Shown: positions 38,272-51,103 of the stretch, piece by piece
Position numbering within the stretch: position 1 is the stretch's first letter
How the letters are laid out: each line of letters opens with the position of its first letter
Origin: Octopus sinensis
Taxonomy: Eukaryota
Direction of reading: 5' to 3'
Assembly (NCBI RefSeq): GCF_006345805.1
Contig: NC_043000.1
Span: 74,214,001 to 74,278,000, forward strand
DNA: 64,000 bases
Notes under the pieces: model-generated
The model's input: the letters and a program-made list of their open reading frames with translations, nothing else
Told to the model about the DNA's origin: nothing
The model's database searches: none
Program-made: the position numbers and the translations under genes

Positions 38272-40904
38272 TCCTTTCGTTACCAAACCGCCCAAAGCCG
38301 CCCGAAAAAAATTTTGGTTCATGTGACTAAGCTACCCAAAGCCACCCGTAATCACCTATTCATATTTAAATGAGAATATCAGAGCAAATCTCGTTAGTGC
38401 ATTCATGAAAACACGTGATTATACTTCGTAAACAGTTCATCTACAGTTTTGATCAACGATCAAGGTGTAATTTTGATTCCGTGAATTTTTGGAGATTTTT
38501 TTCCAAATTTGTTCCTGTTGTATTTTTAAAATTTGTAATTCTGACAAAAAATGGATACAAATTTCGTTCTGTCAAGCAGCAAGTCAGAATTCGAAGGATT
38601 TTCTACTGAAGACCTTGATAAATCTCACTCTATGACTGAAAAAAAAAAGCACATGGTATTTGAAAATGAATCCGATGTTTCATTTTCCAAAAGTGAGAGC
38701 AGTGATTCCGAGAGCTCCAACAGCGATGAAGAAAATGTATTGGCTCCTGAATGGAGTGAAAATTAAAAAACTGTTTCTTCTAGTGATTTTTCTGAAGAAA
38801 CTGGACCAAGCCACAGTCTTTCCCAGGAGAGTAAAGTGATAGACTTTTTTTTTTTTTACTATTTCCAATGAGTCTATTTGAACTCATTACAGCGGAAACA
38901 AACCGTTACGCTAAATGTAAACAAAGTGAAAGAAAAGATAGTTTGTGATTTCCCACAACCTTAAATGAAATGAAGGCCTATTTTGCCATTAATATTATTA
39001 TGGGTATTAGAAAGTTACCCAGAATAACAAATTACTGGAGTAGTGATGAGCCCTTTGGAGACGAGTATGTATCGAGTATAATGACGAGGACACGATTTTT
39101 AAAATTGACCCAATATTTGCATGTAAGAGACATGAGCAGTACACCAGTACGTGGAGAACCAGGCTTTGATCCCTTATTTAAAATAAGACCCATTATTGAC
39201 TGTGTTCAAAACACATATAAAGCTGTTTATAAACCTGGGAGATGTTTATCAATTGATGAGGGTATGTATGGTGGGCTATAAAGGCTGAGTACGTTTTCAA
39301 CAGTATATGCCCGGAAAGCCCACAAAATGGGGGATCAAAGTTTGGAAGATTTGCGAATCAAATACTGGGTACTGCTCAGGATTTGAATTTTATACTGGCA
39401 AAAGAGACAATTATGTATGTCAGCATGGCCTAGGGTACAATGTGGTCTGGAATTCATCACTTCCATACCATAACCAGGGCCGTATATTATTTTTTGACCG
39501 ATTTTTCAGTTCGGTCAAACTTGCGGAGAATTTAGATACTGTGGCAACACATACATGCGCTACAGTGATCGCTAGTAGAAAAGGACTGCCGTTGGATATA
39601 AAAAAAGCAAAATTTAAAAAAAAAGGTGAAATAATTCAACGGCAGAAAGGAAATTTGCTAGCGACCACATACAGAGATAAGAGGCAGATCAATTTTCTGT
39701 CTACCTGTGCACGGCCACATGTGGATGAAAATGGCACGCTGTTTGTGAACCTCGATTATAACAGGTACATGGGTGGTGTAGATCGGCTGAATCAGATGAT
39801 GTCTTACTATCCAGTTGGCAAACTGGGGAATAAATGGTGGCGATACCTGGTTTGGTATATAGTAAACATGAGTATTACTAATGCGTTTATACTATATACC
39901 AAATTGGGACCGACTCAGAAGCGATGTGACCATCTGCAGTTCTGAGCAGATGTGGCAACACAACTAAGAGCTGGGTATTCCTAAAAAAAAAATAATTGTA
40001 GGGAGAAAAAGCAAAGCCTGCCAGAGGGATATCCCTCTGAATTCAGCCGATCTCCATAAATTAGAAAAAATCGAGGGTCGCAAAAAGCAGTGTCCCGAAT
40101 GCCTTCATCAAAAAAGGAAAGCTCCTAGTGGAAGGGCTGTTGAAACAACTTTCCAATGTGCATTCTGCAAGGTTGCATTATGTAGAGCAGGGTGCTTTAC
40201 AAGTTTTCACGGTAGGAATATTGTTTGATTTGTATATATGTGTGATTTGATTTTATAAATATTTTCAAATTTACTTCGTTTTTATTTTTCTTTGTGTAAT
40301 TTTAATTTACTTGTTATTTTAATTTACCTGTAAGGTGAGTGACGAATTTTGATTAATTTCTTTTGTAAATCATCATTGTATCTATGCATTATTGTATCTG
40401 TGTATCTATGTGTGTGGGAGAGCTTATTTAATCTAGTTGATGGTGTGTGTCTATTTTGTTTTCTAATTTTCTTCACTGACAAATTCTAGTCTTTCGTTTT
40501 ACTTATACCTTCATGGTACACCTGTCTTTTGTGTGTTTAAATTCACCTGCTGAATCCAGTAATGTGCACAACTCTTCTATAGTAAAATTTTGTTGTATAC
40601 CCTATTGAATATTAGCTAATAACCCATTTTCTATAGCGATGTTTCAACAAAAATTTTAATAATTTTATATTTTGTTGAATCTACCTGTATCTACCTGCAA
40701 TTAGAGTCACTTTGTGACAAAAGTTATGGTATAGAATTGGTTGAGAACCTTTCATTAAATTATCTTCCAAAAATCAGATTAATATATTGATAAATAAAAA
40801 AGTTATAGTTGTTTAATGAAACCAGACTAAATTTATGATTATGTTAGAAATTAATTGAAACACATAAGGGGTGTATTTTGGTCAGAAATATAGTAACGAA
40901 AGGG
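38272..40904 (+). mobile_element. Full-length piggyBac transposon (PGBD4-like transposase, frameshifted)
   Basis: TTAA at 38268-38271 and 40905-40908; TIRs (T/C)CCTTTCGTTAC. ORF pieces 38551-38766, 38970-39281 (SIDEGM) and 39307-39945 (PTKWGIKVW, FFDRFF, MGGVDR); Cys-rich tail CPEC...CAFCKVALCRAGCF near 40090-40200. Confidence 0.95.
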
Positions 40905-40965
40905 TTAAAACTCTATTAATTAATTCTTTTAATTTAGGTTTAATTGTTTTTTTTTATATTTGCAG

Positions 40966-41118
40966 GGTATTGTTCTCCTTTTTAACTGTCATTATTGCCA
41001 TCTGATTCTACATCCCATTCTTCCTGAGCTCCAGAATCTTTTTCATGACTCATCAGAGAAAGTCCGTATTGCTATGGTCAATCTACTTATAAAAGTAAAA
41101 GGTTTACGTAAGGTTAAG
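40966..41118 (+). CDS. NCAPG2: NCAPG2 exon
   Basis: tgcAG acceptor; GIVLLFNCHYCHLILHPILPELQNLFHDSSEKVRIAMVNLLIKVKGLRKVK (cf. LHDNSEKVRVAFVDMLLKIKAVRAAK). Donor at 41119 chosen by homology; an alternative GT at 41113 is possible. Confidence 0.93.
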
Positions 41119-43290
41119 GTAGCGTCAAAGTTCTTGCTCATTACCATTTTATATCATATTGCGTTTCATAAGAATCATTTGATTTGTATATATTTATTTA
41201 CATTTTTCATTGCAGCATTAATGGATACTAATTGGTTATTTATGGTCCATTGATTATGAGTTTGAAAGCTGATACTTGCATTTCATCATTCTAAAAGGCA
41301 TTTTGTCGTTACTTTAGCTTTCTTTTCTTTTATCTCTTAATAGATTGGTTTTGAGGGAGAGATTGTGTCTACAGCTTTTCTATGCTCTCTGAGTCCAGTG
41401 ACGTTGATGTTGTTGATGCTCAAGTTAACTTCTGTAGAAAAAATGTGACCAGAGATAAAAATCTACATGGTTGATATTGTAAGGAGAAAGGATTATATTT
41501 AATGGTTACTAAATAGCCTAGGCTGGAGCTGAATAAGTGATGAAAAGAGGATGGATGAAAAATTTTTGTGAGCCTGCTGAAAATAGCACAAGACAAGCCA
41601 GCTATGAAGAACAGGGGTTACTGTAATGGCAGGCAGAGCTCGGAATGCATTAGTGATTCCGTTCCAATAGGCTGAGAGGAGATTATATGTTTGTAGTAGC
41701 AAAGTATTATATGAAGGAGAAGTATTCCGTTGTTGATTACATATGTTTAGTAGAGAGTTAGCAACTGACAGGAGCAGTAATATTTCCTAGACTTAAAGTG
41801 GGAAGCTAGTCTTTAGGATGCAGTTTTTGTTATTCTGTAGATGTGAGATTGCTTAGTGATTGTGAGGCCTACTATTTGTTGTGACTTGGAGGGCTTTTTT
41901 GTGCTTTGTACATGACTAGGTGGATGAATACAAGATTATTTTCTTAAAGTGAAGTTTGCTTCTAGTTCTTGTTTGTAATTGGGACAAATGACTTCTGTAG
42001 ATTCATCCAAATAATGCTACTTTGAAACAATAAATTAGTTATGATGATTATCTATGTTTTTCAATGAATTTCATCATCATCATTTGATGTTCCTGTAACA
42101 TACTGGCATTGGTTGAGCAGTTTGACAGAATTTGATGGATCCAAGGATTGCTTTGTGCTCCAGTATCTGCTTTGGCTCGGTTTATATAGCTGGATGCCTT
42201 TCCTAACATTCACTACTTTACACTGTATTACTGAATGCTTTTTTCATGCTACCAGCATTCATTGAGGTCATCATGAAACTCATAAGACTACAAACCCCAA
42301 GGAAGAGGGTTGTTAGCTTTATGCTAGGTGAAGGTTAGAATATTAGAGGAACTGCATGACAACTCACATTTAGAAGAGAGAATGAGAATGATCAATAGAA
42401 GATAAGGTGTCCAAGTGGCTTTTCAAGGTACAAAGTGAGTGGATGAGGAGGAGCGGGTTTGCCAGATTGTATGAAGAGCACAAGTGTAAAAAATGGGTAG
42501 GTTTGAAGGGTTGGTGACGGATGAGTCATGGGTTGGGGAAGATAGAGCAATGCAAGAGTGAGTGAAGGGAGGAGAGTAGCAGGATCGTAATGATGATACA
42601 GTTGCCAGGAGGACAAGAGAGAGAGAGAGAGAGATGACATGGTTGGGAAGGCTGCAGGTGTAGGAGGGGGGAGTGAGAGAGAGGGGGTAAGTGTAAGGCA
42701 TGATGAGAAATACTTTAGTTCAGTGGCAAGCTGGATGAATTAATATATGGTGTGGGTGAAAAGAACAATATGAATGACTGAAGAATAACTACCAAATGAA
42801 ATGGTACTGGTATCATGAAATATAAGGTGGTATCTCAGAGCTGCTGTGAGAGATGAGTTTATACTTATTCCTTTTCAGCATATTGAGCAAGGCCATTTCC
42901 ATGAAGCACCCAGTCGACACTGTCAAGTGGTTGGTATTTGGAAGGGCATTCAGCTGTGAAAACCACACCAAAACTAACCTCACCTGTGCGAGTGCCATGT
43001 GAAAAGCACTCAGCCCACTCTACGGAGTGGTTGGTGTCAGGAAGGGCATCCAGCCGTAAAAACCATGCCAAAACAGACACAGAAGCCTGGTGCAGTCTTC
43101 TGCCTGGCCAGCTCCTGTCAAACCATCCGACCCATGCCAGCATGGAAGGAAGATGTTAAATGATGATGATGTACCAGGGTTTGGTCTCTTTTCCAACTTA
43201 CTAAGAACTTCATTTTTGATTAGTTTAGGCCTATCAATTGTAGGCTTAGGAAATTTTGTGCCTGAAATTTTCTCCCCAATTCTTTTTCTA

Positions 43291-43344
<54 letters not shown>

Positions 43345-43799
43345 GAATTAGATCATCAGCATACAGGAGTTCTTGTGTACTTTTGTGATGGCCTGTAGGA
43401 CTATTAGATGAAACAACTGAGATGCATGAGAACATCTTTTCAAAAGGCAGTTTGTTTTTTAATGAATTGTTACTACTTGACTTTTGCCTGCTTTTCCAGT
43501 ATCTAACAGATAAATCGCTGGTTATTTGCTTTTCTGATCATGAGACTGACTGGAAAGGGTCAGAAATTTGATGAAGAACAAATCAAATATCTCAAGAAAC
43601 TTTCCCCCAAAAGTATGTTTTTCATATTGTTTTTAACTGATGCTTATATACTTCACTGGTAGACATTGGTAGAAGATATATTTATGCGTTATAAGCTTTG
43701 AACACACAAGAGCTATAGTATTATCATATGCAATTTAACAGAAAATTAGCTACATAAGTGATAAGTGAACTATGAGTTTGGATAGGTCACTAGAAGTTG

Positions 43800-44340
43800 T
43801 CAAAAGCTTTTGTTACTTTGGAAATGTAAATGGTATGAAAGTGGTTGCTTTGAAAGTATAGTAGTCAAGGTAAGAACAGTTTGGTAAAAGTTCATGGAAC
43901 TATTAGCATGGCTGGCTACTAAAGCCTTTTCTCTGAACAGGAACAAGCAGATTGTATGGTGCTTGTGTTAGAACTGTGATGCTGCTTGGTTGTGAGACAT
44001 GGGCCTTGAATGCAGAAGGTTTATAAAAACTAGAAAGAAACAAAGATGATATGCTTTGATGGAAATGTACTGTTTGTGTACTTCAAAGCCAGAGTAGAAA
44101 TGAGGTAAGAGAAAAATACATGGCTTAGAGTAAACTGTAAGAAGACTCAGATGTTTAGAAGAGAGGATGGTCTGCTGGTATGGGTATGTGATGTATATAG
44201 AAGATGAATGCTGTATAAGAAAGCATCGAGTCCTCAAAGTTAGTGGATCTTGTGGAAGCGGGAAATCAAGGAACAAAGTGGTGAAGGATTAGAGTTAGGC
44301 TAACCTGAAGATGCTACATCTCTTAGAGGTTATGACAAAG
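43800..44340 (+). mobile_element. Degraded RTE LINE C-terminal fragment
   Basis: RLYGACVRTVMLLGCETWAL-LERNK, matching RLYDKCIRTAMLYGSET at 3660-3710. Confidence 0.65.
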
Positions 44341-45001
44341 ACCATACTCTTATCTCTACATTATTTGCTACACATTCTCTCTCAAGTTACTTTTATCTCA
44401 CTATTGCCTTTACATCGCTAAGGATGCCTGCTAGTTTTTTTCCTTTGTTGCATCTATCTACTGTTTTCCTCTGCCCTTCTCTCTTCATCTTCTCCACTGA
44501 TTCCCTATCTACAATGCTTTCACAACATTCACATGGTGGTCTTCCTTTTCTTTTAGCTGCTGGTCTCTATTTCTTGCTTCTTTCTGACTGTTTTTCTGTC
44601 TTTTCTACAACTGTTCTCATCTTTAACTCTTTAACCTACCTGCTCTATACCCTCACAACTCTCTTTCCTTCAGTGACTTTTTCACAATTCCTCTCCATTC
44701 TAGTTTATTGCTCCCTTCTTGTTCTTTCCCACACGCCTGTCCTTACTTGCACTTTATAATTTTGGCTTGGCCTAGACTACCACCTTACACAACTCTATCA
44801 CCATTTTCACTTTTTCTATTCCTCCTTTTTTTTTAAAACTTTGTCACAAATTCCTCCCTCTCACCTGTTCCTTGCAATAATCCCCCATCCTATCTAAGTT
44901 ACTACCCCCAATCCCTCCAGCTCATATCACTTTCTTCTGTTCTCCCTCAGTTATTTTTACATGCGATAGTCATTATGCTTCATTTGGGTTTTTATTTTGT
45001 G

Positions 45002-48000
45002 CTAGCAGCATAGCCCGGCGTTGCCCGGGTATGTAAGAGCCCCTAGTAGGCAACGACTAATCCCAATGTAGTCCTTTCCCTCCAGGGAATGAAGGTGCAT
45101 GTGGACGTTGCAATGTCTTGTCTTCGCTCGAATACTTCTGTATATACGATGTTCCTAGCTGTCCCTTTGGGCGAAAACATGAAAAAATCATTGCGCCTCC
45201 CAACGCGTGAACAGCCCACGTAGAGTTGACCGTGGGCGAAACACTGTTCGCCCAAATGTAACCCAGCGACTTGTAGCGTTTGGCCTTGGGATTTATTGAT
45301 GGACATTGCGAAGCAGAGTTTAACAGGAAACTGAGAACGCCTGAAGTGGATTGGTAGGTCAGCGCTCGACGGTTGAAGGTGCATCCGTGGAATGAAGACG
45401 TCCTCTCCCTTCCCACAACCGGTAAGTATTGTGGCCATTATTAAATGTGGTGCCAAATGTTTCACAACCAAACGTGTGCCGTTGCACTGTTTAGGTGGAA
45501 CCAAATTCCTGATGAGCATAATGGGCGCACCGACTTTTAACTTCAAGATGTGTGGCGGCAGGCCTGGCAGTTCAAGTGAATTCAGGAATTCAACAGGATA
45601 ATCGGCAAGCTCGGCGGGGTCTGCTGTCCTATCTATAGATTTGTAGACGTGGACATCACCAGGAATAGCTTCAAGTAGCTGGATATTGATATAGTTGACG
45701 GTTGTATTTTTGGGTGCGAGAATAGCTCTGCCTGCCAGCCATTTTAGGTCACGTAAATTGTTTTGTAGGTCGTGGAAGACAGCGTCCCGGAGGCTAGCAG
45801 GGGTGTCGACAATGGTGCAAAGTGAGTCCAATTGAACGCAGCCATCCGCATCAGCCAGCATCCTATTTTCACCGAGCGATAAAAGGTCCCTGGAGAATGC
45901 AGCGGATCCGCTGTCACCAATCAACTGCGCGCGCATGTTAGTTTGGAGGTGCAAGGGCCGCACATGTGCCCAAAGAGCTGACGACTTAAGGCATGCGCGC
46001 ACGGCATCGGCACGGGTTCCTTTTGGAATAACAGGTAGAGTCTGCCTGAAGTCTCCTGAAAGAAGTAAAGTTAATCCTCCCATGGGGGCCGTAGAGTCTC
46101 TGATGTCTTGCAGGGACCTGTCCAGTGCCTCAAGGGCGCCTTTGTGTGCCATAGTGCACTCGTCCCGTACGATGAGTTTGCATCTGCGCAGAATGTCGGC
46201 CTGTTCTGAGTTCTTGGCGATGTTGCAGATAGGTGACTTGGACTTTGCCAGATCGAGTGGGAGTCTGAAGGCAGAGTGGGCAGTTCTGCCACCCGGAAGC
46301 AACGTGGCTGTGATACCAGAGGAAGCTACAGCCAGGGCAATGTCCGTGTTGCGTCTGACCTCCGCCAGAATTAGTTTAGTGACGAAGGTTTTGCCAGTGC
46401 CGCCGGGTGCATCAAGGAAGAAAATCCCCCCACGTTGCTGTCTGACAGAGTCTACGATGGTGTTGTAGGCTATGCGCTGGTCTGGAAGCAATCGTGGTTC
46501 ATTATCTTGGACGTACTGGTGCAGTTCTTCAATGCAGTAGGAAGTTTCGCGTAACAATTCAGCAGACATAACATTGGCGTGTTCACGTGTGGGTGGTGGA
46601 AGGCCGTACTCTGTTAAAGCAGACCCACCCATATTGATGACAGCGTCTTCGAGTTGAATGAGCGCAAAATTGTAAATGAGGTTGGTGAACGTGATCTCGG
46701 CGGAAGGGCAGTGTCGCTGAGCCGTACGTAAGAAGTCGTGCGACATGTCATCCCTGTATTTCATCCAGAGACTTAGTGGGTCACTAAGCTGACATTTTTG
46801 AAGAAGGGTTGCGAAAAGATGTCGTAGGGCCGAAGGCGTTTGCAGTAAAGCGCCCTCTGCCATCGTGGCGTCCCACTGGGAGTCATCCTCTAGAAGGCCA
46901 AGTCTCATACATGCTTCCCTGAAGGTGTCGCACAGAACCCCATTGGCGGTACGTATATTGCCGAACCCTGTTGGACCAGTGACCTCATGTAGAAGGAGAC
47001 GGAGGTAGAAGCATTCTTGCTGGTTTGGCAGGATGTTGTAAACTCGACCCAGGCAGAGTCAAACTTGACGCCTGGGAAGCCTTCAACGTTTTTGCCGGAT
47101 TTCCGTTGAACCCAGGTGTTTTTAGACCACACGAAGTACGATGGGACCTGTGATCGATAGCTAAAAAGGTCGAATTGCGTCCCCTAGACAGTCTGGTTTG
47201 TGTTTAATACACAAATCGGTTTGCTATGTGTGCCACATATGATTTAATTAACCGATTTTTTCCAATAATGTATCCTATTGGAATAAAAAGGGCTATATAG
47301 CTCCTTGGAGCAGACATGATGCTCGCTGTGAATAAAAAAAAAAAATTCCTGCCAATTTGTGAAAGATATTGTCGAAAATATGTCATCTTGAATTTGAACG
47401 CGATTTCCCAAAATGGCATGATTTTATCGATTGTTTCTGATGGTAAGGTATTGCATGGAAAACTAACGTCAGAATTGAGTTTCTTAGGGTAACATTAAGC
47501 TTCCCCATGAGTTTTGTGAAAATCGATTGCAAGTTGCGAAAACTACCATAGATAATGTGTTGCATATAAAAAGCTTAGATTCTCGACCCCATGCCGAGTT
47601 TATCGATTTTGTAGGTTGCAATGTCTTCTCTTCACTCGAATACTTATGTGTATACGATGTTCCTAGCTGTCCGTTTGGGCGAAAACATGAAAACATCATT
47701 GCGCCTCCCAACGCGTGAACAGCCCACGTAGAGTTGACCGTGGGCGAAGCACTGTTCGCCCAACTGTAACCCAGCGACTTGTAGCGTTTGGCCTTGGGAT
47801 TTATTGATGGACATTGCGAAGCAGAGTTTAACAGGAAACTGAGAACACCTGAAGTGGATTGGTAGGTCAGAGTTAGGCCGAGTTGCGTCCCCTAGACAGT
47901 CTGTGGTTTGTGTTTCTGATTCTCGACCCCATGTCGAATTTATCAATTTTTTTCAGAACTGGGGCAACTTTTCAAAATTTTCGCTGCGTTAGTTTTGAAT

Positions 48001-48128
48001 TATGACATTGGGCTATGTGTGTGTCAAGTTTCATCAGAATCGGTTGAAAGCCGTAGTCAGAGTGAGGGTACAACCAAACAGACACACAGAAACACACACA
48101 GACAAACTGCCGTTTATATAGAGAGAGA
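45002..48128 (-). mobile_element. Helitron, internally deleted (no Rep domain)
   Basis: 5' end A|TCTCTCTCTATATAAA at 48128. 3' end has a CCCGG-GCAACG-CCGGG hairpin followed by CTAG at 45005-45002. Contains a PIF1-family helicase. Confidence 0.9.
45043..46908 (-). CDS. Helitron PIF1-like helicase ORF (621 aa)
   Basis: FFLDAPGGTGKT, DECTM, SGDFRQTLPV, LKVGAPIMLIRN and MSINKSQGQTL motifs. The upstream RepHel linker (GRVYNIL...CFYLRLLL...TFREAC) continues to about 47150 through one frameshift. Confidence 0.88.
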   Translation of the reverse strand: MRLGLLEDDSQWDATMAEGALLQTPSALRHLFATLLQKCQLSDPLSLWMKYRDDMSHDFLRTAQRHCPSAEITFTNLIYNFALIQLEDAVINMGGSALTEYGLPPPTREHANVMSAELLRETSYCIEELHQYVQDNEPRLLPDQRIAYNTIVDSVRQQRGGIFFLDAPGGTGKTFVTKLILAEVRRNTDIALAVASSGITATLLPGGRTAHSAFRLPLDLAKSKSPICNIAKNSEQADILRRCKLIVRDECTMAHKGALEALDRSLQDIRDSTAPMGGLTLLLSGDFRQTLPVIPKGTRADAVRACLKSSALWAHVRPLHLQTNMRAQLIGDSGSAAFSRDLLSLGENRMLADADGCVQLDSLCTIVDTPASLRDAVFHDLQNNLRDLKWLAGRAILAPKNTTVNYINIQLLEAIPGDVHVYKSIDRTADPAELADYPVEFLNSLELPGLPPHILKLKVGAPIMLIRNLVPPKQCNGTRLVVKHLAPHLIMATILTGCGKGEDVFIPRMHLQPSSADLPIHFRRSQFPVKLCFAMSINKSQGQTLQVAGLHLGEQCFAHGQLYVGCSRVGRRNDFFMFSPKGTARNIVYTEVFERRQDIATSTCTFIPWRERTTLGLVVAY

Positions 48129-48320
48129 TTCAGTGAAGCTTCTATAGTTGTGTGTGTATGTGTATCAAGAATACGAGATGGTGGTCACCTATACTCCAGA
48201 TAGCACCTTAATATATTTGAAATTTTAAAGTTGATTGCTTCTTGTCCTTTAATTTTTGTAGGTTATTATCAAAATAATATTCTTTTTATCGATTAATGCT
48301 TATAAATATTCTTTTTTTAG

Positions 48321-48543
48321 TACTGGTCTATTGTACCTGTTGAGCATTTGCTTGCACGGTTGGCTACTGATTCTCAACCTGTAGCTCGACGTATTATGAA
48401 AGTTATATTCAGCAATTTCCTCCCACTTGATAAAACAGTTGAAGTTCAAATCATTCGGATTATCTCACTGATAGAAAGCAATCCACAAGCTGCACGCATA
48501 TTTTTCCAACATGCTCCAAAGTTTATGTCTTTAGAGCAAGTGG
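48321..48543 (+). CDS. NCAPG2: NCAPG2 exon
   Basis: AG/GTAAGT boundaries; YWSIVPVEHLLARLATDSQPVARRIMKVIFSNFLP...NPQAARIFFQHAPKFMSLEQV plus G (cf. FWKICPMEHILVRLETDSRPVSRR). Ends in phase 1. Confidence 0.95.
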
Positions 48544-49334
48544 GTAAGTTTATCATTTTAACCTAAAATACTGTCATGTTGTTTTCAGTAATTTGTTGTA
48601 AATATTTGGTTTTGCTTTCCTATCAGGCTTTTTAAGGTGAAAATGTAATTTTCATGGAGAGGAATTGTAAGCATTCTGGTGTCAAACATCTGAACTAAGT
48701 GATTTCACTATTTCAAAATGAAATCTGCTAATGTTAACTTAATTTGCTGTCTCCATGCTTTGACTGAATGTGGAACTGTTTATATATATATTTGAATGCC
48801 CCTTCCCTCTTTATCATCCATTTTCCAGTTTAAGATTATCAGGCTTTTTATACTATAAAGAATGCAATTTTTTTATGAAACATTTTGAATTTTCAGAGAG
48901 GCTGCATATCAGGACAGGTTACTTAATCTTTGATACTGCTACTGTATAACTTTAGAGATCATTGATTTATTATAGAGCCAGTGTAACATACATTCCACAA
49001 ACAGTTATACCAAAAACAGCATGCAGGAAGTGCTAAGTTTGTGGAGATAATTTTGCTTGTTTTTAAAATTGTTGTAAGACTTCAACTTTGAACTGCAAGC
49101 ACTGCAGTTTATTTATCACCTTTTTGCCTTCAGTGAAAATTAAAGGCAATATATTTGAACTGAGCTTAAGTATGTATGTATGCATGTACATATTTGAACT
49201 GAGCTTAAGTATGCATGTACATACTTTCGTTCATTCTTCTTTTTCCCTTTTTGATTTGGACTAAATTTTGTCCAGCCACCTGCTTAGCAAGGTTGTGAAG
49301 GAAAGCATCTTATTTTAAAACCATAATCTCTTAA

Positions 49335-51099
49335 CCCTTTACATTCAGGTATAATTGGTACAAGATTTTATTCTTTCTTTATATTTCATTCAAACATTTT
49401 CATTGAAAATAAGTACAAAACTGTTTTACTAGTTAATATACTATTGGTTATGTACTCTTATACAACTTAATGAGTACATTTACATAACAGAATGCATCTA
49501 ATAAAAAAGCTCATTAACAGAGGAAACAAAGGTGAATACGAGTGTGTTACATGCTAAAAATTAAAATGTATTTCTCACATTCATATACTAATTGCAATAA
49601 AATGAAACGAATATATAATTGTATTTCTATCAAACTAGAAAATATAATTATGCCATATTTCTGTGATGGAATTGTCCAAAGCACTTTGTACACAAGGTTA
49701 CTTGGCATAAACAAGATTTCGACCTGATATACTAACAGTTTTTCTTTTTTGCAATGAACATAGTCTACAAACTTTCTTCCATTTATATTTTTTATTCTGT
49801 GGAAGTTAATATTTTCTCTGTTGACATCCACCTCAATTAATTTTGCTTTTCTCCTTGTTCTGTGCTTTCTGCAAGAAAAGTCCTTACATAAATGAGATGC
49901 AACTTCAGCCTGAAATTTTTATGTGACAGTAGTCCTTCAGTGAAGGAAGTACCTTGTGGCTTTTTACATAAACAATATATAAATTAACAATAAATTAACT
50001 AAAAACCACAAAATGTACCTCCACCATTTCTTTCCAGGTCATCCAACTAAGTAGTAAGCCTGATACTTGTTGGATTTATCGATACTACCCATATATCTAT
50101 TATATGAAATATTTACTGCGGGTTCCCCCTCAGCATCAACACCAGGTTGTTGTAGACAAAAATCAAATTTGTCTTTTGTCCCTGTATACTGTGACTAGCA
50201 AATTTTCTTTTGCATCTTAAGAATGTCTGGTCTTTTTTTTAAATCGGTTGTTTTAATTTCATAGCATGACCCTTGGCAATTTCTCATCACATTACTACAT
50301 GTGTAAGTACATACATGCACAAGATGTTCCCATCAAAGCCACTGAAGAAAAGAGGGACGGTCAAAATACAGGTGTTGGTGTTGATGGTGAAAATGGTTCA
50401 GTTAGAGACTATACAACATCATACCCCAATGCATTTGGTCTGTCTCCATTATATTTTTTCCACATGTAGACCTCAAAATTTGCACAATACTCTGTGTCTG
50501 AGTCACACATCTCCCATACCTCGATGCCCCATTCAGTGGGTTTAGCAGGCATGTATTGCTAAAAATGTACCCTACCCTTATAGCCTATCATGACTTCATC
50601 TACACTAAGATTTTTGTTAGACAAATACATGATTTTATATTTTTGTAGAAAGTAACTCAATAATTGGATGCACTTCATATAGGTGATTGCAGTCTTGCTG
50701 AGGGGATTTGCAGAATCAGATAAATGTAAATACTGAGATATTTTTGAATATATCATTTTAGACATAATACTAGATATATATGGATTACTGTACCTTGCAT
50801 CGGGACTCCAGTAGTTCCACTCCACTTGTTCTACAAAGAAACTGCATGATACCAAAAATAATGTTTATAGTAAAAAAGATTGATTTCTGCAGTTGGCTGC
50901 CATAGTGGATCAGGTCTTCCACAAATAGAAATCATGCATTGGGTATATTTATTTGTTTCTTCTGCGACAGTTTTGAAAAAAACAAATAAAAATAAATAGT
51001 CCAATGGTTGAGCATCAGGAGGTAGATTGTATTATGGACCAGTCTTTTCTGTGAAACCTGGAATTGTGGTTGATGTAATTTAATCTGAATGCTAAAGGG
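49335..51099 (-). mobile_element. Second-family piggyBac, decayed and internally deleted
   Basis: TTAA at 49331-49334 and 51100-51103; TIRs CCCTTTTACATTCAG / CTGAATGCTAAAGGG. Minus-strand LSVDEVMIGYKGRVHF and YMPAKPTEWGI remnants. Confidence 0.85.
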
Positions 51100-51103
51100 T
51101 TAA

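Noticed and set aside
38551-39945. Domesticated PGBD gene
   Set aside because: It is frameshifted and still flanked by TIRs and TTAA, with sister copies nearby.
45057-46468. Overlapping ORFs (45057-45416, 45935-46468 and similar shadows over RTE, Gypsy and CR1)
   Set aside because: These are alternate-frame or antisense shadows of TE coding regions with no independent motifs.
45043-46908. Host PIF1 gene
   Set aside because: It is intronless, is preceded by a RepHel linker and is bounded by Helitron termini.
49152-49221. 31-39 bp tandem duplication as a TSD or regulatory repeat
   Set aside because: It is a simple local duplication with no insert between the copies.
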